Assembly: GCA_964016885.1 (NCBI GenBank)
Contig: OZ024740.1
Span: forward strand, 5,208,001-5,272,000
DNA length: 64,000 nt
Source: Eledone cirrhosa
Taxonomy: Eukaryota
Reading direction: 5' to 3'
A program made the translations under genes and the position numbers. How positions within the stretch are numbered: the first letter of the stretch is position 1; each line of letters begins with the position of its first letter. Under the pieces are notes generated by a model. The model did no database searches. It saw only the letters and a list, made by a program, of their open reading frames with translations, and was not told where the DNA came from. Positions 53,733 through 64,000 of this stretch are shown piece by piece.

Positions 53733-54906
53733 ATCATCATCATCATCATCATCATCATCGTTTAACGTCCGTGTTCCACGCTTGCATGGGTTTGGACGGG
53801 GGTTTTCCCACTTGAGGCATAGGACTGTCTGGCGGGTTTTCTACAGCTGGATGCCCTTCCTAACACCAACCACATTTACAGTGTGGGGCTGGGAGGTTTT
53901 TACCGTGTTGCCTACACGTCCACATTACAGCGTGGACTGTGTGTTTTTTTTGTCGTGACACCTACACGATCTCATTTGTTTCGGCCTGGATGTTGTGGCA
54001 CCAACATAACTTTACATTGAAAGGGGCGGTGTGGATGGGGTGGGGGTGGTGGGACGGGGCTGTATTTTGTTAGAGATGCCTACTGACTGTAGTAGGTTTT
54101 ACTTTGTATTTAGGTAAGGCGGGTCTTCTCTGTTACTGAGTACCGCCAAAGGTCTCGGTCCAGTGACATTGTCTTGGAGAGGTGTAAGTGTGTGAGGTCG
54201 GAATTTATCAGCTCGTCCCAGGTTTTTCTGGGTCTGCCTACTCTGTAGCTACCGTCTATCTTTATTGCCCTGCACTTTGTTATACAGCTGTCGTCTTTCA
54301 TGCGCATCACGTGACCATACCAACGTAGCCTTCTTTCGAGTAAACAACATCTGATCCCTCTTATTTCTAATTTTTTCCTTAGTTCGCTTATGCTTTGCCG
54401 TTCACGTATGTTACTATTACATATCCAGCGGAGCATGCAAGCTTCGTTCCTCTCTAGTCTGCGTATATCCTCTGCACACAATGCCCAGGTCTCACTGCCA
54501 TGCAACATTGCTGTTCGTATGCAGGCATCATACAACCTGCCTTTCATTTTTAGGGAGAACCCTTTAGTGGCTAATAGTGGTATAAGCTCTCTGAACTTTT
54601 TCCATCCAGTTCTGACTCTAGCTACTGTACTTTCAGAGCACCCTCCCCCACTGCTGATTTTGTCACCCAGGTAACGGAAGCTATCCACTATTTCTATAGA
54701 ACCCTCTGCGCAATTGAAAGAGCTAGTATTTTGTGGGCACTTGCTGCTACTTATTGCACCAGAGCACTGGCCACATGTAAAATCTATGTTCTTAGTTAGC
54801 TTACCTGTGATCCCACTACATCTTTTATGCACCCATACTTTGCATTTGGGACATAAAATGGAGTTTCTACCTACGCCTTTCCTACACACTGAGCATGGCC
54901 ATTTCC
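53733..54906 (-). mobile_element. RTE family A, 5'-truncated copy with intact C-terminal ORF, 3' UTR and (GAT)n tail
   Basis: ORF 54110-55072 from KWPCSVC onward. Reverse-complement match to 10697-11886. (CAT)n at 53733-53759. Confidence 0.92.
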
Positions 54907-55077
54907 ATACATATAGATATACATACATATAGACATACACACATATAGACATACACACATATAGACATACATATATATAGATATACATACATATAGACAT
55001 ACATGAATATAGATATACATATATATAGATATACATACATATAGACATACACAAATATAGATATACATACATACATT

Positions 55078-57045
55078 AATAGGAAGAGGCGAAATAGATC
55101 GTCCAACCACCTCAAACAGGTGACAAAAAAGGCAGTGCTTCAATTTGAGCAGCGCATAGCAACCAGCCCTGACAGTAAGGTGTTCTGGAAGTATGTTCAC
55201 TCAAAGCAGAGGCCTCACTCTCCAGTTGGTCCTCTTCGCAATCCCCACACAAGCCAGGTTACTGGCGACCCCAAGGAATGCGCAGAGTTCATTGCTGAAT
55301 GCTATGCAGGCATTTTCACTATTGAAGACCAGAGTGTACCATCTCCACCACCTATGACACCGAACTCTATAACAACCATGGAATTTACACCTGCAATGCT
55401 GCGACATCACCTAAAAAATAAACGCAACCATGCCTCTCCTGGTCTTGATGGTGTTACGTACCTGCTTCTTAAACGTGGTGGGTACTTCCTTCTGCACCAG
55501 TTATCACGCTTCTTCCAATTCTGTCTGAACAACAGTGCTACTCCAGAACAGTGGAAAACTGCCAGTGTCATTCCTCTGTTCAAAAAGGGTGACCGCACAT
55601 CACCTGTGAACTATCGTCCAGTCAGTCTTACTAGTTGCATCGCCAAACTGATGGAATCCTGTGCCAGAGAAACACTTTGGAACTTTTGGATCACTCACAG
55701 TCTTATCCGGCCCTTGTAATTTGGATTTATCCCCAACTCCAGCTGCTGTGATCAACTTATAGAGTTTCTTGAGGACATCACCCGGATCACTGATGGCGGC
55801 TCATGGGTGGATGTTGTTTACCTTGACTTTGCTAAAGCTTTTAATTCTGTGCCACACAAAAGGCTTATGGCAAAACTCTCTGCAATGGGTGTGAAGGTTG
55901 ATCTTTTTAACTGGTTGAAGTCCTTCATTCTCAGTCAAAGAGAGGTAGTTACGGTTCTAGGACAGCATTCCTCACCATATGAGATGTCATCTGGTGTACC
56001 ACAAGGATCTTTTCTTGGCCCCCTTTGGTTTGTGGCGTATATTAATGACATAGATGCCAAATTAAAGAATGCCACAGTACTAAAGTACGTAGACGACATC
56101 AAGCTGTACCTTGAGATAAAAAGGACAGATCCTGAACACTATAGATCTTGCTTGCAGTCTGACCTGGACACAATGCAACAATGGATCTCAGACTGGCAAC
56201 TCAAGCTAGCTGTGGACAAGTGCACCACCATGCATTTTGGGAGTAAAAACCCAACGTCCACATACTCCATCCACAGCACTAATATCAAGAAGTCTTCTTG
56301 TGAACATGACCTGGGCATTACGGTCAGCAGTGATTTGCGTTGGATGAAGCACGTCTCTAAAATTGTCAAGAGGGCCGAGGGTCTTAACATCACTCAGCAA
56401 GACCTTTGTCAGCCACTCTCCAGATATCTATTTAAGGCTGTACATGGTTATGGTGCGACCACATTTAGAATTTGCATCACCAGTCTGGAACCCCTATCTT
56501 GCTCAGAACATTGACCGCCTGGAAACTGTTCAGAGATGTGCAACCAAGTGAATACCCTCCATCTGGCATCTACCATACTCTGAGCGTCTTGCTTCCCTGG
56601 GCATGGATACATTGAAGCTCCGACACCTGGCAACTGACTTGGTAAACACCCACAAAATTATTAACCATCTTGCCAACAACAACCCTGAGTACCTTTTTGA
56701 TTTCCATGTGTCTAACACACGTGGACATGCCCACAAAGTAAGAAAACAGCACAGTTTCCATGACTTTCGGAAAAATCTTTTCACGCTCAGAGTTGCTGAA
56801 GCATGGAACAAACTACCTGCATCAGTTGTTAGCTGTCGAGACACTGCATCCTTTAAGGCCTCCATGCTTCCCGAGATCCGCCAACACTACAGCTAATGTT
56901 CCCCCTCCATACACATACACACATGTATACCATGACTCATACACTATTCACTTCCCTGACATTTGTGTATTATTCTATGTACTATACATGCACCTTTGAC
57001 GAGTTGTAGTGCACCTGAGCACTTTACACAATAATTTCATTATTT
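55078..57045 (+). mobile_element. CR1-like LINE, 5'-truncated RT pseudogene
   Basis: Motifs SPGLDG, NYRPVSLTS, YLDFAKAF, SGVPQGS, YVDD, DLGI, RPHLEFASPVWNP and RVAEAWNKLP. Stop at 55717, frameshift near 56380, ATT-rich tail. Confidence 0.9.
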
Positions 57046-57189
57046 TATAGATATACATACATATAGATATACATACATATAGACATACGCACATATAGAC
57101 ATACACACATATATTCATACACACATATAGACATACATATATATAGATATACATACATATAGATATACATACATATAGATATACATACT

Positions 57190-59508
57190 ATATGAGACAT
57201 ATAGGAAGGTGTGGAGAAGAAAGGTCTGGAAGCTAAAAGACCTTTCACTAAAATACAAATTTAGGAAAGCCCTTCAAGATGTATATGACGAAAAAGAAGA
57301 CGATTTAGAGACGTATGACATAGATAATAACTGGAAGTTCTTACGTGACAACTTGCTGCAGGCTACTGATGAAATCTGTGGCTGGAGCAGAGCTCCAACC
57401 AGACAGAGAGTGACCTGGTGGTGGAACAGCACAGTAGATAAGGCTATTAGAGACAAAAGACTAGCATGGAAGGCTTGGAAAAAGGGTGGGAGTAGGGAAG
57501 AATATACAGCTACTAAGAGAGAAGCTAGACGTCAGGTGTACTTAGCACGCAGGGAGGCAGAGAGTAGGAGGTTTGCCAATGTTCTGCGACGGGAAGATCA
57601 GAGGCGTGCGGTGTTCCACATTGCAAGGCAGTGTGTCAATGCAAATCAGGATGTTGTTGGAGATAAATGTGTCCAGGATGATGCCGGTGTACTTAGTGTC
57701 ACGAATGACCAGAAAAAGGAGGCCTGGAAATGTCATTATGAGAGACTGATGAATGTGGAGAACGAATGGGAGAGAGAGAAATTACCCTTGGTAGATCCGA
57801 CAGAGGGACCAGCTATTGAGATTGACGAATATAGGGTCCAAGAGGTGATTAGGGAAATGAAAAATGGTAAGGCGGCCAGACCATCGGGAATAGTTGCTGA
57901 AGGCATCAGGGGACGTAGGCACTAAACTGGTTGCACGCATCATCACTCAGGCTATATATGGTGGTGTCATACCCAAAGACTGGTGCAGCAGTATTCTCAT
58001 AAATTGCTACAAAGGTAAAGGGGATGCTTTGGAGAGGAGCAATTATAGGGGTATAAAACTGATAGATCAGGTTATGAAAGTGGCAGAAAGGATTTTAGCA
58101 CAACTAATTAGAGAAAGGGTCAAACTAGATGAGATGCAGTTTGGTTTTGTGCCTGGGAAGAGTACAACAGATGCCCTCTTCTTGGTGAGACAAATGCAAG
58201 AGAGGTTCTTAGAGAAGAATAAGCCACTATACTTAGCCTTTGTTGACCTAGAGAAGGCCTTTGATAGGGTACCCCGATCTGTCATCTGGTGGTCCCTAAG
58301 GAAGCTAGGTGTTGAGGAATGGCTTGTGAGGACAGTGCAAACTTTGTACAGAGGTACTCTCAGTAAAGTCAGGGTAGGAATGGAGTTTAGTGAGGAATTC
58401 CAGATACAAGTAGGAGTACATCGAGGTTCGGTCCTCAGCCCGCTCTTGTTCATTATAGTCCTCCAAGCCACAACAGAGGAGTTTAAGACTGGCTGTCCAT
58501 GGGAACTTCTCTATGCTGACGATCTGGCTCTTATAGCAGAATCAGTAGAGGAGCTGGAGAATAAATTCCGGCTATGGAAACAGCAGTTGGAAGCAAGAGG
58601 ACTGAGAGTAAATCTAGCTAAGACAAAAGTGTTGATGAGTAGAAAAGAGGACAAAACCCTGATTCCGTCAGGGAAATGGCCATGTTCGATATGCAGAAAA
58701 GGAACTGGCATAAATTCTATAAAATGCACACAATGCAGGTCCTGGGTACACAAGAGATGTAGCGGGATAGCAGGCAAACTAACAGGTAGGGAGAAATATG
58801 TATGCAGTAGATGTACAGGGAAATTAGACAGTAGAAGTCGCACTGATAGACACATTTTTCAAATGCGAGAGGGCGCTATAGAAGTGGTGGATAGCTTCCG
58901 GTACCTAGGAGATCAGATTAGCATGGGAGGAGGGTGTTCCGAGGCCATAGTATCTAGAATAAGGATGGGTTGGAAGAAGTTTAGGAGCTGCTTCCTCTGT
59001 TGACGAAGAAGGGTTTCTCCCTGCGTACGAAAGGCCGGTTGTATGATGCCTGTGTGAGGAGCGCGATGCTGCATGGTAGTGAGACATGGGCAGCAACCGC
59101 AGAGGATATGCGACGGCTGGAGAGAAATGAGGCAAGCATGCTCCGTTGGATGTGCAGTGTAAATGTGCGTGAACGACCCAGCATAAATGTGTTGAGAGAG
59201 AAACTGTGTCTGAGAGGGATAGAATGTAGTGTATGGGAGAGGAGACTGAGGTGGTATGGACATGTGATGCGCATGGAGGATGACCGATGGGTGAAGAAGT
59301 GCCAGGAAATGCCAGTTGAAGGAAGACGTGGTAGAGGTAGACCACGAAAAACATGGGCGGAGGTGGTGAGAACAGACCTCAGATCATTGAAGCTCACGGT
59401 GGAGATGACGAGGGACCGTGACGAGTGGAGAGATGCTGTGCTGAATAAGACCCGTCCCACCCTTGCAAGCAGGGAAAAGCGGACGTAAAATGATGATGAT
59501 GATGATGA
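57190..59508 (+). mobile_element. RTE family B, 5'-truncated copy with complete 3' end
   Basis: Highly similar to 16210-18444. 8-bp deletion near 57898 and 1-bp deletion near 58985. Stop at 59488 followed by (TGA)n. Confidence 0.93.
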
Positions 59509-59510
59509 TA

Positions 59511-60020
59511 GATAAAAATGGAGTTTATGCCTACTCTTTTTCTACACACTGAGCATGGCCATTTCCCAGAGGGGACCAGTGCCCTATTTTCCTTCCTACA
59601 AACTAGAACTTTAGTCTTAGACAGGTTAATTTTAAGGCCTTTTGATTCTAGGCCATGCTTCCATGTTTGGAATTTCTTCTCTAGTTCAGCCATTGATTCA
59701 GCTATGAGCGTTAGATCATCTGCATATAGGAGTTCCCATGGGCAGCCGCTCTTGTGAACTCCTCTGTTATAGCCTGAAGGGCAATAATAAATAGTAGGGG
59801 GCTAAGGACGGAGCCCTGATGAACACCAACTTTTACGCTAAACTCTTCACTATATTCGTTGTTAATTCTAACCTTGCTGACTGTTTCTTTATACATGGCT
59901 TGTATAGCTCTCACAAGCCATTCATCAACACCTAGTTTTCTAAGAGCCCACCAGATAATGGAACGGGGGACTCTGTCAAAGGCTTTCTCCAAGTCAACAA
60001 AAGCTAAGTATTGGGGGTTT
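59511..60020 (-). mobile_element. RTE family A internal RT fragment
   Basis: KPQYLAFVDLEKAFDRVPR..HQGSVLSPLLF..YADD..KWPCSVC. Reverse-complement match to 10256-10750. Confidence 0.88.
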
Positions 60021-60156
60021 ACTCTATCACTATTTCTCTCTCACTATCTCTCTCTCTCTCTCACTATCTCTCTCCCTCTCTCTCACTATATCTCCCTCTC
60101 TCTCTCACTATCTCTCTCTCTCTCTCTCTCCCTCACTATCTCTCTCTATCTCTCTC

Positions 60157-60205
<49 letters not shown>

Positions 60206-60233
60206 CTTTCACTATATATCTCTCTCTCTTTCA

Positions 60234-60296
<63 letters not shown>

Positions 60297-60297
60297 C
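60021..60297. repeat. (CT)n-rich compound microsatellite
   Basis: Direct observation. Confidence 0.9.
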
Positions 60298-60914
60298 ACA
60301 GACACGCACATATATATAGAGAGAGGGAGAAATCCTAAATTATTCAGAAGGATATAAATTATGTTGGCACCAGTAATACAAAGAAAATTTATACAACATT
60401 AAAACTGATATTGATGATGATGATGATGATGATATCCATATTGAAGCAATAAGATTCTCTGCAGAGTAGGCTTTGCCATTTTCACAGCTGAATATACCGA
60501 CTATGACATAGATCACAGTATTATCTACACAATTCATTGGTAATTCATATTTTATAGGAGACAAAAAACAGTAAAAAAATATCAACCAGAAAAATAATGA
60601 TTGATTTTGTCTGGAGGTGATTGAGAAAACAGGAATTAGAATTTTGCTATGATATGAAGACAAGAATCTATTGAATGAGATATTCATAAATTAAATAGAG
60701 TAAATCTAAGTGAAAATGTCTTTAAAACTCATAATGGAATGGATCTTCACCACTTTCTATGATGAATGTTGCAGTTATTCAATCAATGGAATTGCCTGTT
60801 CTAATATACAAATGGCTGATCATTCTATGAAACTCTTATCTCTAATGTAATTTTCAGGAGGATTTAGAGTGAAATAGTGGGTGATAAATCTGGACTTTTG
60901 AAGTGCAGTTACAC

Positions 60915-61020
60915 ATACAGTCCATGCAATGGGCTTCCAAATGGTTTCTGTCTACCCAAGGCTTGGGTTGATCTGAAACTGTGGTAACTTACCATACAAT
61001 AAGATCAAACCCAGTACCTC
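60915..61020 (-). mobile_element. Possible highly decayed SINE fragment
   Basis: GCAATGGGCTTCC..GTTTCTGTCTACC..CAAGGCTTGGGTTGA resembles, from memory only, the antisense of a mollusc SINE body. Confidence 0.3.
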
Positions 61021-61975
61021 ATAATTTTTATCCAGCCAGAATTCTCACATCTCTTTCTGTTCAAACCAGCCATAACTAGCTGCTCATACTGATGTTAAGG
61101 TATTGTTCTCAACATAAATGATATCAAAATCTCATAGATTTGATATTATGTGAGATATTTATGTGAGATATTGTGTGAGATAAAGCCTTTACCATGAAAA
61201 TACAATAGTAAATATAGAGTAATGTAAATTGCTAAAGGGTTAAACTTCTAACACATTCAGCCATGGTTGTAAAAACCTCACTAGCTATCAACATATTCTA
61301 CACTTTTTATGAAATACATAGTTTTATTATTTATCAGATTTTCCAGATATTATAGGCTGTGACTTGACAGAGATTTGTAGTATTTGTTATTGTCACAATA
61401 GAGTAATCTCCCCTTAATACATAATACAGTGTCAAGGGAAGCATAAAAATAATTCAGCATGCTAAAGGTTAATCCAGAAATTATAGGCCATGAATTAGCA
61501 GAGATTTTGAAGTATTTCTTCTGGTTCTCTGCCTTCTGAGTTAAGATATTTCCTATATTTTTGATAACTTGCTATAACATGATATTGATAATATTCAATA
61601 GTACCAGGAATTGTATCCACTCAGATGTGATGTATTCAAACTATCTAGAAGATGGCTCAAGTTAAACTTCATAAAAATATACCATAAACAAACAAACAAA
61701 CAAATAAATAAACAAAGAAAAAAAATATAAATAAAGAAAGAAACAAATAAATAAATATGTGAATGAAAAGGAAAGAAAATAATATATAATAAACAAAAAA
61801 AAACATATAAAAGTGAATATACAAATTTTACATTTTTGTTAATTTCCAGAATACTGAATTAATTTACATAATTACTTTAAAGCAATTATTTTCCTAGGCA
61901 GTAATTTTTCACAATGTCTCTCGCAGTGATTCAGCATATATATAATATTCTAAATGTTTTCTTCCCTGTTTGCAG

Positions 61976-61995
61976 CTAAAAAAAAGAAATTTCAG
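61976..61995 (+). other. Candidate 20-nt micro-exon
   Basis: TTCTAAAT (branch-like) + TTTTCTTCCCTGTTTGCAG | CTAAAAAAAAGAAATTTCAG | GTAAAA. Confidence 0.3.
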
Positions 61996-62399
61996 GTAAA
62001 AGTCACATCGTAAATGAGCTTCTCCTTGAAATGATTTCTCCCTAGAAGAATGTATCATCATTAAACTAATTTTAATATATGCTTCCCTTGCTAGGGTTGG
62101 ACATGTCTATATACAGCAAGTCAGTACTGAAGTGGTGGCTACTGATCTCCCAGACAGGTCAGGCAACTATGTCTTGCCTATGTAAGGTCTCCTGCTCTAC
62201 CAAGTGCACGGGGGAGGTTGACAAGTTTTTGACACAACTGAGAGACATTTTCCAAATCATGGAATATTTCAACTACCAACTAAATACCTGTTACAACCTG
62301 AAACATACACAAATATATACCTGTTTCTGTATTTTATTAAGATATGGAAAAGATTTTGAAATATGAAACAATATATAACGTTCAGAAACCTGCAAGATG

Positions 62400-64000
62400 T
62401 TAGTGTTACCTGAATGGTGGTAGTGTCATCTGTAGAGTGGTAGTGTCACCTGTAGAGTGGTAGTGTCACCTGTAGTATGGTAGTGTCATCTGTAGTGTGG
62501 TAGTGTCACCTGTAGTGTGGTAGTGTCATCTGTAGTGTGGTAGTGTCACCTGCAGTGTGGTAGTGTCACCTGTAATGTGGTAGTGTCACCCGTAGTGTGG
62601 TAGTGTCACCTGTAGTGTGGTAGTGTCACCTGTAGTGTGGTAGTGTCACCTGTAGTGTGGTAGTGTCACCTGTAGTGTAGTAGTGTCACCTGTAGTGTGG
62701 TAGTGTCACCTGTATGTGGTAGTGTCACCTGTATGTGGTAGTGTCACCAGTAGTGTGGTAGTGTCACCTGTAGTGTGGTAGTGTCATCTGTAGTGTGGTA
62801 GCATCACCTGTAGTGTGGTAGTGTCACCTGTAGTGTGGTAGTGTCACCTGTAAGGTGGTGGTGTCACCTGTAGTGTGGAAGTATCACCTGTAAAAGGGAA
62901 GTGTCACCAGTAGTGTGGTAGTGTCACCTGTAGTGTGGTAGTGTCATCTGTAGTGTGGTAGCATCACCTGTAGTGTGGTAGTGTCACCTGTAGTGTGGTA
63001 GTGTCACCTGTAAGGTGGTGGTGTCACCTGTAGTGTGGAAGTATCACCTGTAAAAGGGAAGTGTCACCAGTAGTGTGGTAGTGTCGCCAGTAGTGGGGTA
63101 GTGTCACCTGTAGTGTGGTAGTGTCACCTGTAGTGTGGCAGTGTCACGTGTAGTGTGGTAGTGTCACCTGTAGTGTGGTAGTGTCACCTGTAGTGTGGTA
63201 GTGTCACCTGTAGTGTGGTAGTGTTACCTGTAGTGTGGTAGTGTCACCTGTAGTGTGGTAGTGTCACATGTAGTGTGGTAGTGTTACCTGTAGTGTGGTA
63301 GTGTCACCTGTAGTGTGGTAGTGTCAACTGTAGTGTGGTAGTGTCACCTGTAGTGTGGTAGTGTCACCTGTAATGTGGTAGTGTTACCTGTCGTGTAGTA
63401 GTGTCACCTGTAGTGTGGTAGTGTCACATGTAGTGTGGTAGTGTCACCTGTAGTGTGGTAGTGTCACCTGTAATGTGGTAGTGTTACCTGTCGTGTAGTA
63501 GTGTCACCTGTAGTGTGGTAGTGTCACATGTAGTGTGGTAGTGTCACCTGTAGTGTGGTAGTGTCACCTGTAATGTGGTAGTGTTACCTGTCGTGTAGTA
63601 GTGTCACCTGTAGTGTGGTAGTGTCATCTGTAGTGTGGTAGTGTCACCTGTTGTGTGGTAGTGTCACCTGTAATGTAGTAGTGTCATCTGTAGTGTGGTA
63701 GTGTCACCTGTAATGTAGTAGTGTCACCTGTAGTGTGGTAGTGTCACATGTAGTGTGGTAATGTCACCTGTAGTGTGGTAGTGTCACCTGTAATGTAGTA
63801 GTGTCACCTGTAGTGTGGTAGTGTCACCTGTAATGTAGTAGTGTCACCTGAAGTGTGGTAGTGTCACCTGTAGTGTGGTAGTGTCACCTGCAGTGTGGTA
63901 GTGTCACCTGTAGTGTGGTAGTGTCACCTGTAGTGTGGTAGTGTCACCTGTAGTGTGGTAGTGTCACCTGTAGAGAGCTAGTGTCACCTGTAGTGTGGTA
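62400..64000. repeat. Minisatellite, 20-bp unit TGGTAGTGTCACCTGTAGTG, runs off the right edge
   Basis: Direct periodicity with internal 160-bp and 100-bp duplications. Confidence 0.97.

Noticed and set aside
62079-62366. 95-aa ORF (and 60340-60687)
   Set aside because: No recognisable motif or support. Length is compatible with chance.

Overview
Repeat-dominated animal genomic DNA, probably cephalopod/Octopus-like (inferred from the SINE and the microsatellite load). I see no convincing host protein-coding gene, rRNA, tRNA or CRISPR. About 60% of the window is tandem arrays (25-, 12-, 25-, 25/28-, ~31-33-, 44/45- and 20-bp units), with a 200-N gap at 25250-25449. Most ORFs in the supplied track are translation artefacts of these arrays. 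The rest is two transposon clusters (about 9.9-19.4 kb and 47-60 kb). They hold three RTE-clade LINE families, a CR1-like LINE, a CRE-like endonuclease remnant, a mariner end and a SINE. The most interesting signal is non-coding. Short islands between (TA)n tracts at 9.9-19.4 kb contain three type-I hammerhead ribozyme cores on the minus strand, two of them with a perfect fold-back inverted repeat just upstream. Two 114-116-bp palindromes there consist of a half hammerhead mirrored at stem II, and their arms co-vary within each copy. This fits Penelope-like pLTR or retrozyme remnants. Other notable items: a ~600-bp internally deleted RTE, a PHD-type finger inside the RT of two RTE families, an RTE with three C-terminal C2H2 fingers, a minisatellite built from a SINE A-box head, and one microsatellite split by serial LINE insertions. 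All structures were folded by eye and need computational confirmation.
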